From contig JBHJHA010000072.1 of NCBI GenBank assembly GCA_050331235.1, positions 1 through 40,403 of the forward strand: a DNA stretch of 40,403 bases, given 5' to 3'. The first letter of the stretch is position 1. Every line of letters starts with the position of its first letter. The notes below the pieces were generated by a model. It was not told the DNA's origin and did no database searches. It worked only from the letters and a program-made list of their open reading frames with translations. The DNA comes from Leptolyngbyaceae cyanobacterium (GTDB lineage Bacteria; Cyanobacteriota; Cyanobacteriia; Phormidesmidales; Phormidesmidaceae). Positions 37,446-40,403 of this stretch are shown piece after piece. A program made the position numbers and the translations under genes.

Positions 37446-38099
37446 TTACACGCTCAATCCTGTCGGGCAAGCCACCCCCGTGCCACCTAGACCACAATAG
37501 CCACCAGGGTTCTTAGCCAAATACTGCTGATGATATTCCTCAGCGTAGTAAAACTCCGGTGCATCCAAAATTTCAGTAGTGATTTTGTCGTAGCCTTCCT
37601 CTTTCAGCTTTTGCTGGTACGCAGCACGAGACGCCTCAGCCAATTGCCGCTGATCTTCGGAATAGGTGTATACCCCAGAGCGATATTGCGTGCCCGTATC
37701 ATTGCCTTGACGCATGCCTTGGGTGGGATTGTGATTTTCCCAAAAGACCTTCAGGATGCCTTCATAACTGATGACAGCAGGGTCATAAACCACCAGTACT
37801 ACCTCATTGTGCCCCGTCATGCCTGAGCAAACCTCACGGTAGGTAGGGTTAGGGGTATAGCCAGCCGCATAGCCTACAGCGGTCGTGTAAACTCCCTCAG
37901 TTTGCCAAAATTTGCTCTCTGCTCCCCAAAAGCAGCCCATACCAAATAACGCTGTTTCCATACCAGAGGGAAATGGCGGCTTCAGGGAATTGCCGTTGAC
38001 ATAGTGCTTATCAGGCACCGGCATAGATTCACTGCGTCCGGGTAGCGCCTCGCCAGGATCAGGAAGTTCAAGCTTTTTGCCAAAGCCAAATAGCACCAT
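37446..38099 (-). CDS. msrA: Peptide-methionine (S)-S-oxide reductase
   Basis: [47 protein letters not shown]. Confidence 0.97.
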   Translation of the reverse strand: MVLFGFGKKLELPDPGEALPGRSESMPVPDKHYVNGNSLKPPFPSGMETALFGMGCFWGAESKFWQTEGVYTTAVGYAAGYTPNPTYREVCSGMTGHNEVVLVVYDPAVISYEGILKVFWENHNPTQGMRQGNDTGTQYRSGVYTYSEDQRQLAEASRAAYQQKLKEEGYDKITTEILDAPEFYYAEEYHQQYLAKNPGGYCGLGGTGVACPTGLSV

Positions 38100-38546
38100 A
38101 TGTCTCTCGCTTCAAAAGGTTGACTAATTACTGTTTCACTATAGAACACCCTTTTTAGAAGCGTTTTGAGAATCAGATAAGAAAACCCTAAATGTCGCTT
38201 CGGGAATCCGGACAGGCAGCCCCATCACCGCACAAATATTGCCCCGATGATCAGACAACTGTCCTGATCAGTCGCGTAACGACAACCCCGCAGCCGGTTT
38301 GCGCCTCTCGGCGTCACGGATTGGCCATTGAGAGAGCAATTGAGAAAAGATCAAAAGTCAATCGTTTGCCTGAGACCGTTTATAGAGCTTTTGTGTAATA
38401 GACTTTGAGCGTTTTCAAGCAAGATCGTGATTGATAGCTATCACGATTGGGATCAGGCCATCGCAGCGCGGTGGCTGTTTCCAGCCGGGCGGTGTAATCC
38501 CGTCGTGCTGGTTCTGACTGTCTCTCTAGGAAGCAAGTGACATCTG

Positions 38547-39941
38547 ATGACTAACTCCCCCAAATCAAGGCCGCAGTCCTCTGCGATCGCCAAGTACTTC
38601 AATTTTGCTGAGCTAGAAACTAACCTCAAAACGGAAATCATCGCTGGGCTGACCACCTTCATCACCATGGCCTATATCTTAGTGGTGAATCCTGATATCC
38701 TCTCTAACGCGATTTTTTTGCAGGCAAGCGGCGACTTATTTGGCGAGCTGGTGGTTGCCACTGCCCTCTCAGCGGCGATCGCCACGGTGGTCATGGGTTT
38801 GGTGGCCAAATATCCCATCGCCCTTGCTCCTGGCATGGGACTCAATGCATTTTTTGCTTTTTCCGTCGTTTTGGGGCTTGGTATCGACTGGCGCGTTGCC
38901 CTCGCCGCGGTTTTGCTAGAGGGCTTGATTTTCATTGGGCTCAGCCTTAGCAATCTACGCGCCGCAGTGATCACGGCGATTCCAGAATGCTTGAAGCGGG
39001 CAGTGGCCGCTGGGATTGGCCTCTTCATTGCTTACATTGCGCTATCGGGCAACCCAGAGTTTGGCGGCGCGGGCATCATTGTGTCATCGGAGGCCACCAC
39101 CACGACTCTAGGCAATCTAGCGCAGCCCGAAACCCTCATGGCGATTTTTGGTATTTTGCTCACGTCGGCCTTCGTGGCTCGGCGCATCAAGGGCGCGCTC
39201 CTATGGGGCATCTTGGCGACCGCTATTTTGGGCTGGATTTTGCAAATTACCCCAGCCCCCCAGGGCATTGTGGGGTGGCCCCTCTGGCCTCAGGATTTGT
39301 TAGGACAAGCGTTTGTCGGCTTTGGTCAAATTGGGGAAGCGGGAATTACCAACTTTTTGTCCGTTTTGTTTGTCTTCCTATTCGTTGACCTGTTTGATAC
39401 CGTCGGTACGCTCTCAGGAATAGGCATGCAGGCTGGCTATATCGACGAGGCAGGCAAGCTGCCTCGGGCCAATCAAGCACTGTTAGCCGATGCGATCGGC
39501 ACGACGACTGGCTCCATTTTGGGCACCTCTACCGTGACCAGTTACATTGAGTCGGCTTCTGGCATTGCCGAAGGAGGCAGATCGGGGCTCACGGCGATCG
39601 TAGCGGCAGGCTGCTTCCTGCTATCGATTTTCTTTATTCCTTTGCTCTCGGCAATTCCGGGGTATGCCACCGCTCCTGCCTTAGTCATCGTCGGCGTCTT
39701 GATGATGGGCAATGTCAGCGGCATCCATTGGCAAGACCCAGCCGAATCTATTCCGAGCTTTCTGACCATTTTGCTCATGCCCTTGACCTACTCCATTGCC
39801 GAAGGGCTAGCGGTCGGATTTGTTGCTTATCCTTTGGTCAAAACTTTTCAAGGTAAAGTCCATGAAGTCAACTGGTTAGTCTGGGTATTGGCGATTGTCT
39901 TCGTCGGGCGATTTGTCATGTTAGCGCTGGGCATAGCCTAG
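38547..39941 (+). CDS. NCS2-family (AzgA/PbuG-like) purine permease
   Basis: EIIAGLTTFITMAYILVVNP, ALAPGMGLNAFF, DLFDTVGTL, YIESASGIAEGGRSGL, PLTYSIAEG. Confidence 0.93.
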   Translation: MTNSPKSRPQSSAIAKYFNFAELETNLKTEIIAGLTTFITMAYILVVNPDILSNAIFLQASGDLFGELVVATALSAAIATVVMGLVAKYPIALAPGMGLNAFFAFSVVLGLGIDWRVALAAVLLEGLIFIGLSLSNLRAAVITAIPECLKRAVAAGIGLFIAYIALSGNPEFGGAGIIVSSEATTTTLGNLAQPETLMAIFGILLTSAFVARRIKGALLWGILATAILGWILQITPAPQGIVGWPLWPQDLLGQAFVGFGQIGEAGITNFLSVLFVFLFVDLFDTVGTLSGIGMQAGYIDEAGKLPRANQALLADAIGTTTGSILGTSTVTSYIESASGIAEGGRSGLTAIVAAGCFLLSIFFIPLLSAIPGYATAPALVIVGVLMMGNVSGIHWQDPAESIPSFLTILLMPLTYSIAEGLAVGFVAYPLVKTFQGKVHEVNWLVWVLAIVFVGRFVMLALGIA

Positions 39942-40165
39942 CCCTTGGCAAGGCGCTGCACAGAGAAATCCTCAACTGCTCAGGTACCGGCGGGTGGAGA
40001 TGACTCGCCAAATCTGTTTACCCTTTGCCAAGACTTGCTTTAATACTGAGGTTAGGCACTGTCTACCGTCTGAGCCTGAGCGGTTGCAGTTCCGAGGACG
40101 TTGTGTGAGCATAGCAGCACTCAACTCTGTGATTTTCCGTAGTCCAGGTATCGGCAGCCCCCTTG

Positions 40166-40403
40166 ATGATGTCCACTGTCAAACCGCTTAGCCAACAGAT
40201 CCGTGCGATGCCGATCGCCCTATACCAGCAAAATGCGACCGCCATCCATTGTTATGGCCGCTGGTTTGCCGTTTCCTGGCTAGGGGCAATGGCGGACAGC
40301 AAGATTTTCTTGGCGATGGACACTAGCACCCTCACTTATCTTTTTCTAGCCGGTGGCGTTCAGTTTCCCAGGGACCGCTTCGAACCCCTTTACCTGCGGG
40401 TGG
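40166..40403 (+). CDS. Possible hypothetical protein, truncated by window end
   Basis: Open frame from ATG 40166 (MMSTVKPLSQQIRAMPIALYQ...) to the end; no recognisable motif. Confidence 0.3.
   Translation, partial: MMSTVKPLSQQIRAMPIALYQQNATAIHCYGRWFAVSWLGAMADSKIFLAMDTSTLTYLFLAGGVQFPRDRFEPLYLRV

Larger units (their letters stand above)
1..40403. repeat. Dispersed HIP1 octamer GCGATCGC
   Basis: Many copies, for example near 422, 4421, 5642, 6820, 16920, 29804 and 30408; a hallmark of cyanobacterial genomes. Confidence 0.9.

Noticed and set aside
1..40403. CRISPR arrays, tRNA/rRNA genes, prophage, and the many short overlapping or antisense ORFs in the track
   Set aside because: No regularly spaced repeats, RNA-gene signatures or phage genes were seen; the short ORFs are shadows of well-supported genes.

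Overview
Chromosomal window from a cyanobacterium: it has frequent GCGATCGC (HIP1) octamers, ftrV, a Tab2-family gene and cyanobacterial-type glgP and gcvT/H. Most genes are housekeeping or envelope functions: the end of a Wzm/Wzt polysaccharide export locus with a coiled-coil sulfotransferase, an NlpC/P60 peptidase, an alanine-glyoxylate aminotransferase, gcvT-gcvH, an alcohol dehydrogenase, an EF-hand protein, DAHP synthase, a CHRD/DUF4394 mosaic protein, glgP, a histidine kinase, a diguanylate cyclase, msrA and an NCS2 permease. One complete IS4-family element (7656-9030) has 19-bp terminal inverted repeats and an 11-bp target duplication. The standout is the ~370-nt leader of the DAHP synthase gene. 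A sigma70-type promoter is followed by two tandem, unannotated Phe/Tyr/Trp-rich leader peptides (MLFPAERFYFWFFEEVH and MRYSAPAYYWFFSFFFFTGTRSG). Each is coupled to mutually exclusive antiterminator and terminator hairpins. This looks like a double ribosome-mediated attenuator controlling a DAHP synthase that lacks a regulatory domain. Other items of note are an unannotated 58-aa secreted EF-hand microprotein, a nested and circularly permuted CHRD insertion, and candidate ncRNAs. All calls come from reading the sequence; no database searches or folding programs were run.
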